DNA from: a virus
Taxonomy: Duplodnaviria; Heunggongvirae; Uroviricota; Caudoviricetes
DNA length: 64,000 bases
Direction: 5' to 3' (one strand)
IMG/VR virus record: IMGVR_UViG_3300037751_000382
Coordinates: 2,619-66,618 of that record
Shown here: one piece after another, positions 39,045-48,954 of the stretch
Numbering within the stretch: position 1 is the first letter of the stretch
How the letters are laid out: each line of letters begins with the position of its first letter
Program-made: the position numbers and the translations under genes
The notes under the pieces: generated by a model
What the model was told of the DNA's origin: nothing
What the model saw: only the letters and a program-made list of their open reading frames with translations
The model's database searches: none

Positions 39045-39323
39045 ATGGTTCGCCCAGCCGGGACTATTTTATATAGAAATAATAGTAAAATGCAAATCAA
39101 TAAAGTAGCTTTAGATCGTTTGTGCAATAACACTGATTTAGGACAACGGTTAGCTTATGCAGCTAACGAGTTACTAGAAAATGTTAAGCAAGGTGTAGAT
39201 GTTAGTTTGGAATCGGGTGGTATATTTTGTTTTTCATATGATAGTGATGCTCATGAAGAAGGGGATTATATACCTTTTGTAACTATTACGTTGGAACCTT
39301 ATTTTAAGCCAAAGGGCAACTAA
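39045..39323 (+). CDS. hypothetical protein
   Basis: 92-aa ORF after a hairpin. Confidence 0.25.
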   Translation: MVRPAGTILYRNNSKMQINKVALDRLCNNTDLGQRLAYAANELLENVKQGVDVSLESGGIFCFSYDSDAHEEGDYIPFVTITLEPYFKPKGN

Positions 39324-39403
39324 TGACAAAAGAACTTATATATTTGATGTGGTTTTATTTTGTGTTTTGTGGTTTTCTATGGTATTTACTTAAGGATTAA
39401 TTT

Positions 39404-39532
39404 ATGGGTAACGTTGTAACTGTGAAAGTGAGTCCACTCACTATTCTCGGGGTTTTTGTTGCTTGGTGGTGTGTAACTCATGGTCTTGATTGGTTGATGT
39501 TCATGTTATTATTTCCAGGAGCGCCTTGTTAA
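39404..39532 (+). CDS. small hydrophobic peptide (42 aa)
   Basis: MGNVVTVKVSPLTILGVFVAWWCVTHGLDWLMFMLLFPGAPC, preceded by aaggattaatttATG. Confidence 0.25.
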   Translation: MGNVVTVKVSPLTILGVFVAWWCVTHGLDWLMFMLLFPGAPC

Positions 39533-39624
39533 TGTTAAGTTGTTTAATAAATGTAATATTACTAATGATATTAGGTTGTTTAACTGTAGTGTTTCTTGTT
39601 CCTCTTTTAATGAATAAGGATTAA
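39532..39624 (+). CDS. small hydrophobic peptide (30 aa)
   Basis: MLSCLINVILLMILGCLTVVFLVPLLMNKD. TAATG coupling to the previous peptide. Confidence 0.25.
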   Translation: MLSCLINVILLMILGCLTVVFLVPLLMNKD

Positions 39625-39627
39625 TTT

Positions 39628-40065
39628 GTGAAAACTATTTTATTTTTACTGTTATTTACTTCGGTTAGTTATGGTCAAAGTTTCAACATTCTTTCACCGC
39701 TTCCGGATGAAGTATATTCTATGTCACGGAACGAGTATGAGCAATGGTGTTGGGATCAAAATGAAGAAGCCCTTAGTAAAGCGCAACATGATGCTAGTAA
39801 ATTTAACGCGACCCGACGAAGTAGTTACTTGCGAATAGGAACATATCCAAATGATACTTTGATTCGATCTTATTCTGAACCGTCTTGGGGTGGTGGACCG
39901 GTAGTAGTTTTGAATCCTTATGCTAAACGCCATCCTAAGATTGTTAATAGGAATCCTGATAAGAGGCAATTTAGTATACTTGACCCTGATGGTGCTGTGA
40001 ATGATAAGAATTTACCGGAAATTATTACTTTGGAATTGAATCGTTTGAACAAGGAAACTCATTAA
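39628..40065 (+). CDS. secreted protein (GTG start, signal peptide)
   Basis: MKTILFLLLFTSVSYGQSF. Preceded by aaggattaatttGTG, the same spacer as 39404. Confidence 0.4.
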   Translation: MKTILFLLLFTSVSYGQSFNILSPLPDEVYSMSRNEYEQWCWDQNEEALSKAQHDASKFNATRRSSYLRIGTYPNDTLIRSYSEPSWGGGPVVVLNPYAKRHPKIVNRNPDKRQFSILDPDGAVNDKNLPEIITLELNRLNKETH

Positions 40066-40457
40066 TGATTTATCTCTGTTCCCCATACACACATACTTCT
40101 GAAGTAGTTAGAAATGACCGTTATCTTAGGACATGTGTAGCTACCTCTAAACTGATTAAAAAGGGTCAAGTTATATTTAGTCCAATTGTTCATAGTCTTC
40201 CGTTAGTTAAGTTCGGGGAATTAGGAACACTTTGGAGTGATTGGATTGAGTATAATAAAGCTATGATGGATATTAGCGTTGCGGTAGCAGTGTTACCGTT
40301 AAGTGGTTGGGCAGAAAGCAATGGAGTGGCATTTGAAATTGACTATGCATTAAAGAATAACATTACTTTATGGAAAGTGGACTTAGAGAAATATGAATAT
40401 GTAGCTTTCAGTACAAATATAGTCCCTGATACAATTAAGGAATATTACATTGAATAA
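40065..40457 (+). CDS. nucleoside 2-deoxyribosyltransferase-like fold protein (DUF1937-like)
   Basis: N-terminal IYLCSPY and C-terminal LSGWAESNGVAFEIDYA (catalytic Glu-type motif D/S-G-x-x-F-E-x-G-x-A). Confidence 0.45.
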   Translation: MIYLCSPYTHTSEVVRNDRYLRTCVATSKLIKKGQVIFSPIVHSLPLVKFGELGTLWSDWIEYNKAMMDISVAVAVLPLSGWAESNGVAFEIDYALKNNITLWKVDLEKYEYVAFSTNIVPDTIKEYYIE

Positions 40458-40683
40458 TTATTCACTACCTTTTGATCTTAGTATATCTGATCTTTTAGAG
40501 TGGTCAATGAAAAACAATGTAACGTTTACAATTTACAAGGAAAATGGTGAATATTGTTTAAGGGGCAGTAAAGGTTGTATTGGAGCCATTATTCCTTTTG
40601 ATGTCGAAAATTACAGCGAAACTTTAAAATGGCTTATCTATTCGCTCAAAACTGGTGTAGAATATCGTGCTACAAACCCCTAA
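40450..40683 (+). CDS. hypothetical protein
   Basis: 77-aa ORF. Confidence 0.25.
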   Translation: MNNYSLPFDLSISDLLEWSMKNNVTFTIYKENGEYCLRGSKGCIGAIIPFDVENYSETLKWLIYSLKTGVEYRATNP

Positions 40684-40990
40684 AGAAAACATAGTGAATA
40701 TGGTAGAGGAACTTAGTGATAAGGAACTTGAGAAGGTTAAAATCGGGTTACAAATTAAAGTGGAACAAACTAACTTGGAAACGTGCCAGTACGCTTTACA
40801 TAGAGTTAAGATGAGTTTACGTCCTAGTATGTATTTCCCTGTCACTATTTCCTGGGATGATGTTAGATCAGAATGGAAATGTCAACATGCTTTAATTGAT
40901 GAAGCTGTGGGTTTTGGGAAGAGCCCAAATGATGCAATGGTTGATTTTGACTATGTATGGTTAGGAATTAAAGGGGAAGGTAATGAATAA
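40667..40990 (+). CDS. hypothetical protein
   Basis: 107-aa ORF. Confidence 0.25.
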   Translation: MLQTPKENIVNMVEELSDKELEKVKIGLQIKVEQTNLETCQYALHRVKMSLRPSMYFPVTISWDDVRSEWKCQHALIDEAVGFGKSPNDAMVDFDYVWLGIKGEGNE

Positions 40991-41462
40991 TGTAGTTTTA
41001 GTGATGTTTTCTGATTATGATTTAGCTACTTTAGCTACATTAACACATACAATGTTTGGGCAAAGTATTTGCAGGGAAGCCGATAAAAAAGAATTACCAG
41101 AAAAGTTACATAATTTAGAATGTTTAAAGAATTTTGGTGAGAATCAGAACATAAATAAAATTTATTTTGTCTCTTTCTTGATTTTAGCTGATTCGCGTGA
41201 TATACTTGATCTATTAACTATTTGCAATGGATTATCCTTTATACATTCTCCTACACGTAATAGGGACTGTGAGACTTTAATAGTGACCGGTAGTTTATGT
41301 GCTTGGGATCAAGTTTTGGTTAATGCTTTTAGTGTAGTTAGGCGGTATGAAATAGAAAATATATTTAAAACTATTTATAAAGAAGTAGAAAAACTCGGCA
41401 TTTATTCTTTCAAAATTCCTAAACCAATTTCCACTGTTAGTGCAATTGAGTATATACAATGA
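40983..41462 (+). CDS. hypothetical protein
   Basis: 159-aa ORF coupled to the downstream HNH. Confidence 0.3.
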   Translation: MNNVVLVMFSDYDLATLATLTHTMFGQSICREADKKELPEKLHNLECLKNFGENQNINKIYFVSFLILADSRDILDLLTICNGLSFIHSPTRNRDCETLIVTGSLCAWDQVLVNAFSVVRRYEIENIFKTIYKEVEKLGIYSFKIPKPISTVSAIEYIQ

Positions 41463-42016
41463 AAACTTGTTCCAAATGTAAACTGTCTAAAGATACTAAT
41501 GAATTTCATAAGAATAAAAGTAGAAAAGATGGCTTTAATTGTCAATGTAAAGAATGTATAAAAGAATATAGTAATCGCCCAGACGTAAAACAACATAACA
41601 AAGAATATATTAAGGAATATGGTAAGGGATATCGTGATCGCCCAGAAGTAAAACAACGTAACAAAGAATATAATAAAAAATATTATAAGGAATATTTAAA
41701 TCGTCCAAAAGTAAAACAACATAAAAAAGAATATTATAAGGAACGTGGGTATAACACAAAATATGGTTTAACATTAGAAACAGTAAATCAATTAAAGATT
41801 TTGTTGGAAAATAAATGTTGTCTTTGTGGTTGTTTAACAGAAGAATTAGTAATTGACCATGATCATAATACAAATGAAATTAGAGGATTACTTTGCCATA
41901 ATTGTAATTTAGGGTTAGGAAGATTAGGTGACACAATTGAAGGACTTACAAAAGCTATAAAATATCTACAAAGTAAACTTGGTCAAAAATTACTTTTAAT
42001 GATAGGAAACTCATGA
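41459..42016 (+). CDS. HNH homing endonuclease (endonuclease VII family), intact
   Basis: CSKCKLSKDTNEFHKNKSRKDGFNCQCKEC ribbon, KEYxKxY repeats, CCLCGCLTEELVIDHDHNTNEIRGLLCHNCNLGLGRLGD. Confidence 0.7.
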   Translation: MKTCSKCKLSKDTNEFHKNKSRKDGFNCQCKECIKEYSNRPDVKQHNKEYIKEYGKGYRDRPEVKQRNKEYNKKYYKEYLNRPKVKQHKKEYYKERGYNTKYGLTLETVNQLKILLENKCCLCGCLTEELVIDHDHNTNEIRGLLCHNCNLGLGRLGDTIEGLTKAIKYLQSKLGQKLLLMIGNS

Positions 42017-42690
42017 CGAAAATTACAGTGGTTGAACCCTCGTTCACTGTCCCTCCACATACAATCAATACGTTAAAAGGATTACCTGAACATATTGAAT
42101 TGTGTGGACGAAAGTGTTATCAGTCCGAGGATCGGATCACAAAAGACAGTGCTGAACGTTTTATCAATATGATCTGTAAAAATCAACATTTGTCCGTGTT
42201 AGAACATTCATGCCTTACGGTTTTTATAGTTTGTTCAAGATGTTGTTCACACCAATTGGTACGCCACCGTTTGGGCTCATATAGTCAGTCCAGTCAGAGG
42301 TATATTAATTATAATAAGAAGGGTATTGAGGTAATTTGTCCGTCATCTATTGGTGCCCCTGTTGGCGAGTATGAAATAGATGTTTACAGGGGGCTTATTA
42401 ATGGTGAACATAAATCAGAATGGAATTGGCTTTTAGCTGTAGCAAATACGTATAATGAATATAATTATCAAATTGAACAAGGCATTAAGCCAGAAGATGC
42501 TCGTTACATACTTCCAAATTGTGTGGCAACACAAATCGCAGTCACCTTCAATTTACGAATGTGGAAATATGTCTTCAAGGAGCGCGCATTGAATAAATAT
42601 GCCCAGTGGGAGATTCGTCAATTGTTTTCAAGTATCCTTGAACTATTTTCTAAAGAGTTGCCTTGCTTTTTTGGGGATTTAATAGTATAA
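42013..42690 (+). CDS. thyX: flavin-dependent thymidylate synthase
   Basis: ThyX signature RHRLGSYSQSSQRY (RHRxxxxxxxSxR). Confidence 0.8.
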   Translation: MTKITVVEPSFTVPPHTINTLKGLPEHIELCGRKCYQSEDRITKDSAERFINMICKNQHLSVLEHSCLTVFIVCSRCCSHQLVRHRLGSYSQSSQRYINYNKKGIEVICPSSIGAPVGEYEIDVYRGLINGEHKSEWNWLLAVANTYNEYNYQIEQGIKPEDARYILPNCVATQIAVTFNLRMWKYVFKERALNKYAQWEIRQLFSSILELFSKELPCFFGDLIV

Positions 42691-42697
42691 TATTATT

Positions 42698-42892
42698 ATG
42701 GCACGAAAGAAAAAGGAATACATTCCGAAGGAAGCCCAGTTAGCTTTTAGCGGGGTAACAAAAGAAGAGTTACCTAAACTTATTAAATGGTTAAAGTCAG
42801 TTGGAGCCAAGGAAATTGAAGTTAGTGATGATGATGGCGATTATGAAGGTTATGATCCTGGACCTTATCACATAGTGAATTATAAACGATGA
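42698..42892 (+). CDS. hypothetical small protein
   Basis: 64-aa ORF. Confidence 0.25.
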   Translation: MARKKKEYIPKEAQLAFSGVTKEELPKLIKWLKSVGAKEIEVSDDDGDYEGYDPGPYHIVNYKR

Positions 42893-43101
42893 TTCTTTAT
42901 GCTGTTATTGCAATGAATCGTGCTTATGTTAATGTTGTTTCTGTTTGGACAACTAGGGAACAAGCTGAAAAAGCAAAAGCGATTGTTGAAGATTATAAAT
43001 TTACAAGTCACGATAAACCCCGGTGGGATAAAGTTGAAATTTATGAATGGTTAGTGGATGATGATGTTTATGGTGGGTTGTTTGAATGGAGTGAATGCTA
43101 A
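42889..43101 (+). CDS. hypothetical small protein
   Basis: 70-aa ORF, ATGA-coupled. Confidence 0.25.
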   Translation: MILYAVIAMNRAYVNVVSVWTTREQAEKAKAIVEDYKFTSHDKPRWDKVEIYEWLVDDDVYGGLFEWSEC

Positions 43102-43168
43102 GTATACTATGAATAAGAATATTTGGCTAGTAGTGGCATATAACGGCGAATAATTAAGGGTAAGGAAG

Positions 43169-44947
43169 TTGATCGAAAATATTAAGTTACTTTCACCTGA
43201 TGGTAAGTATTGGCTACCTTCACAAATAGAAAGAGTAGAAGGGAAAATTCGTTTTATAAAATCACCATTTGCTCTTAAGGATGAAATTAAGTCTATGAAA
43301 GGAAGCAGGTGGATGGGTTATGATGACGATGACCCTGAGAATATTTGGATAGTGGATGATTGCCATAGAAACAATTTTCAACTTTCCTATTTACAAGGAA
43401 AAGACCCTTATGCTTTTTGGGATAAGGAAATAGTAGAATACAACTACATTAGGCCATTAATGTCCCATCAAGTTGATATGGCCAATTTCATGTTAACGAG
43501 GCACTTTTGTATAATGGCTGCTGCTACAGGTGTAGGGAAAACACTCAGTGCTATTGAGGTGATGGAGAAATCAGGAAGTAAAGATTGGTGGTATGTAGCA
43601 CCTAAATCTGCTCTTTATGCTGTTACTAAGGAATTTGAGAAATGGAATGTTTCTTTTATCCCTAAGATGATGACATATGAATCAATGAGGGCCACCATGA
43701 AAAAGTGGCCAGGAGGTGATGCACCTTTTGGGGTAATTTTTGACGAATCCCAAAGACTTAAATCTATTAAGTCTCAAAGGACCAAGTGTGCTCAGTACCT
43801 GGCGGATGCTATTAGAGATGAGTATGGAGTAGATGGTTATGTGTTACTAATGAGTGGAACCCCATCTCCTAAATCACCTGTTGACTGGCACTCACAGATG
43901 GAAATAGCTTGCCCCGGATTCCTTAAAGAAGGGAGCGAAAAGGCTTTTAGGTGGCGGTTGGGGATTTTTGAAAAGAAACAAAAGGAACAAGGTTTCTTTT
44001 GGGATAGAGTTTCTTGGAAAGATGATTCTAATAAATGTAATATTTGCGGGAAGTTCAAAGAGGAGCATGAGGGGATAAATGATATTGATCATGCGTGGGT
44101 AGAGAGTATTAATGAGGTTGCTTTTCTTAATGAACGACTTGAGGGAGCGGTTTTTAAAGTAAATAAGGATGTTCTTAATCTTCCTGATAAGCATTATAGG
44201 GTTGTTGAGTGTGAGGTTTCATCGACAATCAAACGTGTGGCTAGTATTCTTGCTGAGAACGCGCCCACCGCGATCCAAGCGTTAACGTGGTTAAGAGAAT
44301 TAAGTGATGGTTTTCAATATAGAGAGGAAGAAAATGGAATCAGAGATTGTAATGTGTGCTGTGGCACTGGGACTTTTGAGTGTGATGGCTGCGGTGGCGC
44401 TGGCAAAATCCCTAATAAAGTAAGAGTAGCTAAGCAAATTACATGCCCAAAAGAACAAGCATTAGTCGATCTTCTTGACGAAAATAGTGACCAAGGAAGA
44501 TTGGTAATTTTTGCAGGATTCACTGGCTCCATTGATCGGATCACAAGTATTTGTTTACGAGAACAATGGGATGTTGTTCAAGTAGATGGACGTGGCTGGA
44601 AAGTAATTACTCCTAAAGGAATAATGGATAAACCTTTAGATTATTGGAGTGATGTAAGTAATGAGAGAGTAGCATTTGTGGCACACCCTCAAAGCGGAGG
44701 AACCGGATTAACCCTTACTGAGTCACGGATGGCAGTATTTTATAGTAATGACTTTAATCCTGATTCTAGGATGCAAGCTGAAGATCGTATCCATAGAATA
44801 GGAACAGACATTAATAAAGGGGCCACAATAGTTGATATTATCCATTTACCAACGGACTTGAAAGTTCGAGAAGTGTTACGAGAAAATAGAAAATTAGAGC
44901 TATTAACTTTAGGTGAAATCATCAATGTTTTTGGCAGTAAAGAATAG
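43169..44947 (+). CDS. SNF2/DEAD-like superfamily 2 helicase with zinc-finger inserts
   Basis: Walker A AATGVGKT, DEAH-like FDESQ, motif III LLMSGTPSPKSPVDW, CNICGK...CNVCCGTGTFECDGCGGAGKI. Putative TTG start. Confidence 0.55.
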   Translation: MIENIKLLSPDGKYWLPSQIERVEGKIRFIKSPFALKDEIKSMKGSRWMGYDDDDPENIWIVDDCHRNNFQLSYLQGKDPYAFWDKEIVEYNYIRPLMSHQVDMANFMLTRHFCIMAAATGVGKTLSAIEVMEKSGSKDWWYVAPKSALYAVTKEFEKWNVSFIPKMMTYESMRATMKKWPGGDAPFGVIFDESQRLKSIKSQRTKCAQYLADAIRDEYGVDGYVLLMSGTPSPKSPVDWHSQMEIACPGFLKEGSEKAFRWRLGIFEKKQKEQGFFWDRVSWKDDSNKCNICGKFKEEHEGINDIDHAWVESINEVAFLNERLEGAVFKVNKDVLNLPDKHYRVVECEVSSTIKRVASILAENAPTAIQALTWLRELSDGFQYREEENGIRDCNVCCGTGTFECDGCGGAGKIPNKVRVAKQITCPKEQALVDLLDENSDQGRLVIFAGFTGSIDRITSICLREQWDVVQVDGRGWKVITPKGIMDKPLDYWSDVSNERVAFVAHPQSGGTGLTLTESRMAVFYSNDFNPDSRMQAEDRIHRIGTDINKGATIVDIIHLPTDLKVREVLRENRKLELLTLGEIINVFGSKE

Positions 44948-45341
44948 ATCAATATATCTAGCGATAAGACCAAAACATGACTATACCTTGGTTCATTTTA
45001 CTTGTAAGTGTGGTTGTGATTCTATTTGCATGTCAGCTATACTTGGGGAAAGTGGATTAATATGTAAGTATGTTTGCTTGGGTTGCAGAGAAGAGCAAAT
45101 TGTGCCGTTTTCAGGTGTGGAAGAATTTACGTGTTATTTAGTGTACGTGTATAAAGGTAAAGTTGTAAAGTGGAGGTTGTTAAAAGTGACTGATGAACGT
45201 TAACAGATTGATAAGTGAAATTGAATCCTATGAAGGAAGAATATTCATTGAAGTAAATGATGTTGTTTACGATATTGAAAGAATAACAGATGATAGTCAA
45301 GGCGTGTATATTATCGCTAAGACTAGTGATAGGGATTATAG

Positions 45342-46481
45342 ATGAAGTGCCCCATTTGTAATAGTAAAAATATACAGCGTTTTTACAATCTTGGTCTTAG
45401 GCCTTTAAGCGTATCACACTTAAGTGACACATTTGTAAAATCTCTTAGTCTACCTAAACATGAAATCGATATGTGGACGTGTAGAATTTGCTCACATGTT
45501 TTTAATATTAGATATGATGAACGCAATATTAATTATGGTTGTTCAAGTTGTACTATGTACAATAGTGGTAAGCTTTGGGATAACACAGTAAAAAATTGGT
45601 ATAAAGATTATAATATTTTTACTGAGAAAGATGTGATTGTAGAGATTGGCGCGGGTAATGGTTCTTTTTTAAAGTGGTTACCAGGCAATAGTACAAAAAT
45701 TGCTTTTGAGCCGGGACCCGATAATGAAAAATGTAAAGAAAAAGGTTTAAATACTGTGGAAGGTTATTTTGATCCCGAAACAGATATTCAATTTTTTAAA
45801 CCCACTTACATAATAATGCGGCATGTTTTAGAGCATATAACTAATCCTAAAGAATTTATTGATAGTATCTTGGAAAATTGTATTAAAGAAAATATTTTTC
45901 CTACGATGATCATAGAAGTCCCGTTAATAGAGAATGCTTTAACAGACGCTAGGATCGAGGATTGGGTATATGAACATCCCCACCATTTTACTATAACTAG
46001 TTTGAAAAAGTTATTTGCTAATTGGAATGTTTTTAAGATTGATACTATTTATGACAATGAAGTAGTGATTATAAAAGCAAATCCGAAACCAATTTTAAAC
46101 AATTTTTCTATTGTAGCTCTTAAAAATTTTGCTAATTTAAGTTTAACTAATGCTCGTGAGCAACTAATTAGTTGGATTAAAGCGGAAAAGAAAATAGCAC
46201 TTTGGGGTGGCGCCGGTAAGAGTTCTATGTTCCTTTATGCCTTAGGTATAGATGATTCCTTTGGTATAGTAGTTGATAGTGATGAAAGGAAGGTTGGCAA
46301 GTATGTTCCTGGGAAAGCAATAAAAATACACTCTGTTAATGAGTTAATAAATAATCCAGTTGACATTATTATTGCGACTACCAGCTGGCGATCAGATGAT
46401 ATTTTTGAGGAAATTAAAAATAAAAATATTAAATGTGAAAGTTTTTATATTTTTAAAAATGGTAAATTTGTAAAGGTATAA
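45342..46481 (+). CDS. TylCIII-family NDP-hexose C-methyltransferase-like SAM methyltransferase
   Basis: N-terminal zinc ribbon CPICNS...LGLRPL...CRICSHVF. SAM motif VIVEIGAGNGSFL. IIEVPLI and EHPHHF. C-terminal domain KKIALWGGAGKSSMFLYALGIDDSFGIVVDSDERKVGKYVPGKAIKIHSVNEL. Confidence 0.7.
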   Translation: MKCPICNSKNIQRFYNLGLRPLSVSHLSDTFVKSLSLPKHEIDMWTCRICSHVFNIRYDERNINYGCSSCTMYNSGKLWDNTVKNWYKDYNIFTEKDVIVEIGAGNGSFLKWLPGNSTKIAFEPGPDNEKCKEKGLNTVEGYFDPETDIQFFKPTYIIMRHVLEHITNPKEFIDSILENCIKENIFPTMIIEVPLIENALTDARIEDWVYEHPHHFTITSLKKLFANWNVFKIDTIYDNEVVIIKANPKPILNNFSIVALKNFANLSLTNAREQLISWIKAEKKIALWGGAGKSSMFLYALGIDDSFGIVVDSDERKVGKYVPGKAIKIHSVNELINNPVDIIIATTSWRSDDIFEEIKNKNIKCESFYIFKNGKFVKV

Positions 46482-46484
46482 ACA

Positions 46485-46658
46485 ATGAGCAGAATTAGTG
46501 ACGGCGAAGTGTATCGTATTGATGATGAAGGAAGTATTATTTATATGGCAGATGTAATTGCCGAAATGATGGGTTATAAGAAACCTTTTGTAGTTCATTA
46601 TTTTGATGGCAATCCTTTAAATAATACACGTGAAAATTTACGAGTAATGGAGTTATAA
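46485..46658 (+). CDS. mini HNH-motif protein (57 aa)
   Basis: VVHYFDGNPLNNTRENLRVM resembles the H-x-D-G-N-x-x-N-N...NL core of HNH_3 nucleases. Confidence 0.3.
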   Translation: MSRISDGEVYRIDDEGSIIYMADVIAEMMGYKKPFVVHYFDGNPLNNTRENLRVMEL

Positions 46659-48442
46659 TGGCCAAGAAAGACTTAATACTTTACCCCGCAGATTTTACTA
46701 AAGCAACACCGATAGCAAAACGTAACCTATTCCTGAGGAAGTTACTTGATCAAGATTATCATACAATTGCTCAATCTATTATCAAGTATCTTATTTTCTT
46801 TGAGGAAAATCACTATTTTGCCTATAACCTTGAAGATCAATTAAGATTTGATGAGTTTGTTTCAGCAGTATTTTCTACTATTGTTGACCCTAATTTTGTT
46901 CCGAATGATAATGATGCAAAGTGCTTGGTAGCATGTAACCATTTATTCAGTAATGTTGTAGCTACTTCTTCCTACGGCACTACTGATGGTCCCTTGCTCC
47001 ATATTCTTAAGCAACAGAACAACGCCGCTAAAGTGTTATTTCTTTATAACTCACGGTGTAAAATTAAAATTGATCTTAAAAAGTTTTTTGATGTATCTCC
47101 ATTAATTGCTTCTATTTGGTATAATACTTTTATGTTGGGAACAAGTTGCCCTTCTCTGATCCAACAGGAGAATCTATTCTTACATTTAGAAAATATGGAT
47201 GAACGCTGGACACCTCCTAATAGGCACGTGAGTTCATTGTATTTTACTTGTACATACATGAATCCTATAAATGATAGACGGGTAAAAGGAATAATTAATA
47301 AATCGCTTAAGAATCATTTAACTGTAAAGATAGTTAATGAACCTAATCCAAATAAAATTGCCATTGTTACTAGTAAATGGCATCGTAATCACGCGGTGTA
47401 CAAAAGCGCAGGTCCATTAGTAGAACAATTAAGAGGTCACTATGATTTAACTCTTATTCATTTAGGTTGGAAACTTCCTGATAATTTGTGTACAGAAGGT
47501 TTTAATAAAGTGATACGGGCAGCTTTTCCTCAGGAAACAAATAACAGTGATCTTAGATTGCCGGATGAATTGTTGAAAAATGATTTTGGTTTAATCTATT
47601 TCCCAGATATCGGCATGACGGACGAGTGTACGTGGATGAGCAATATTAGAATGTCACCTATTCAAGTTGTAGGGTATGGTCATCCAGCGACAACTGGCGA
47701 TAACAACGAAATTGATTATTTTCTTGGCGGAGATATCGAGAAAGATGTAACAGATTGTTATTCAGAGAAAATGATACTTATTCCAGGGTTAGCTCAACAT
47801 CCTGCTTGGCCAACATATGCACGGAAGTATAACTGGAAAGAGAATGAAGCTGTCCAGATCAATTGTGTCTGGGGTCCCGATAAGTTTTCATATACACTGT
47901 TAAAGGTACTTCAAAGAATTAGTCAATTATCTACTGTTCCTCATACTTATAATTTTTATCCTTCACCAGGTATAAATCGTTATGCTGGATTTGTGCCTTT
48001 TAAAAAGGACATCCAATCTATACTCCCTAATTCAATTATTCACGGTGATAAAGAATATTATGACTATATGGAGAGTGCTGAGAAGGGGGACTTTAGTATT
48101 AACTCTTTTATTTTTGGAGGATTTAATACTATTATAGAGTCTTTATTCTTAGGATTACCTGTAACGACTATAGAAGGTGATAGATTTTACAATAAGGCTG
48201 CTAGTTTCTTACTGCGAAAGATTGGTTTCGGAGAACTTAGTTCCACAAATATTAATGAGTTTATTAATATCACAGTTAGGATGATAAATGATAAAGATTA
48301 CAGAGGAGGAAAAAGGAAGGAATTAGCTGAAATGAATATTAAGGAATTATTATTTTGTGACCCTGGAGATAGTTTCAAAAGAGCTATTGATTATATAATT
48401 GCTAATCACCCTATAAAAGAAAAGTGTACACTGATATCATGA
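46658..48442 (+). CDS. GT41-family (O-GlcNAc transferase-like) glycosyltransferase
   Basis: IAIVTSKWHRNH, SPIQVVGYGHPATTG...IDYFLGGD...YSEKMILIPG and DFSINSFIFGGFNTIIESLFLGLPVTTIEGD...ASFLL align to OGT catalytic lobes ([61 protein letters not shown]..ASRVA). Confidence 0.65.
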   Translation: MAKKDLILYPADFTKATPIAKRNLFLRKLLDQDYHTIAQSIIKYLIFFEENHYFAYNLEDQLRFDEFVSAVFSTIVDPNFVPNDNDAKCLVACNHLFSNVVATSSYGTTDGPLLHILKQQNNAAKVLFLYNSRCKIKIDLKKFFDVSPLIASIWYNTFMLGTSCPSLIQQENLFLHLENMDERWTPPNRHVSSLYFTCTYMNPINDRRVKGIINKSLKNHLTVKIVNEPNPNKIAIVTSKWHRNHAVYKSAGPLVEQLRGHYDLTLIHLGWKLPDNLCTEGFNKVIRAAFPQETNNSDLRLPDELLKNDFGLIYFPDIGMTDECTWMSNIRMSPIQVVGYGHPATTGDNNEIDYFLGGDIEKDVTDCYSEKMILIPGLAQHPAWPTYARKYNWKENEAVQINCVWGPDKFSYTLLKVLQRISQLSTVPHTYNFYPSPGINRYAGFVPFKKDIQSILPNSIIHGDKEYYDYMESAEKGDFSINSFIFGGFNTIIESLFLGLPVTTIEGDRFYNKAASFLLRKIGFGELSSTNINEFINITVRMINDKDYRGGKRKELAEMNIKELLFCDPGDSFKRAIDYIIANHPIKEKCTLIS

Positions 48443-48954
48443 AAACTATTAAATTAACTAAAGGTAAAGAAGCCATTATTGATAAGAAAAATTATGAACA
48501 TTTCATGAAATGTAAATGGAGTTATAGCGGTAATGGATATGCTATTAGACGTTTAACAATAGCCGAACGAAATTTAAAGCAAATTAAATGTAAACATGTT
48601 GGTATGCATAGAGAAGTACTTGAATTAATGGGATTTAAAAATTTTCAAGATTCGGAACACATAAATTTTAATAAACTAGATAATAGAGAAAGTAATTTAC
48701 GGATAGCTACACGTAGTCAAAATATTGCACACAGGCCAAAGTTTAATGGTTGTGTTTCAATATATAAAGGGGTATCTTGGCAAAATGACAAACAAATATG
48801 GAGGGCAAGAATAGCCCCAAATAGAAAAGAGATTTTCTTGGGCACTTTTAAATGTGAAGAAGACGCCGCTAAGGCATATGATAAAGCTGCATTAAAAATT
48901 TATGGTAAATTTGCCGTTTTAAACTTTCCAGGAGAATTAAATGTTAACATTTGA
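48439..48954 (+). CDS. HNH endonuclease with C-terminal AP2 DNA-binding domain
   Basis: AP2-like YKGVSWQNDKQIWRARIAPNRKEIFLGTFKCEEDAAKAYDKAA. Paralog of the partial gene at 63563. Confidence 0.55.
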   Translation: MKTIKLTKGKEAIIDKKNYEHFMKCKWSYSGNGYAIRRLTIAERNLKQIKCKHVGMHREVLELMGFKNFQDSEHINFNKLDNRESNLRIATRSQNIAHRPKFNGCVSIYKGVSWQNDKQIWRARIAPNRKEIFLGTFKCEEDAAKAYDKAALKIYGKFAVLNFPGELNVNI

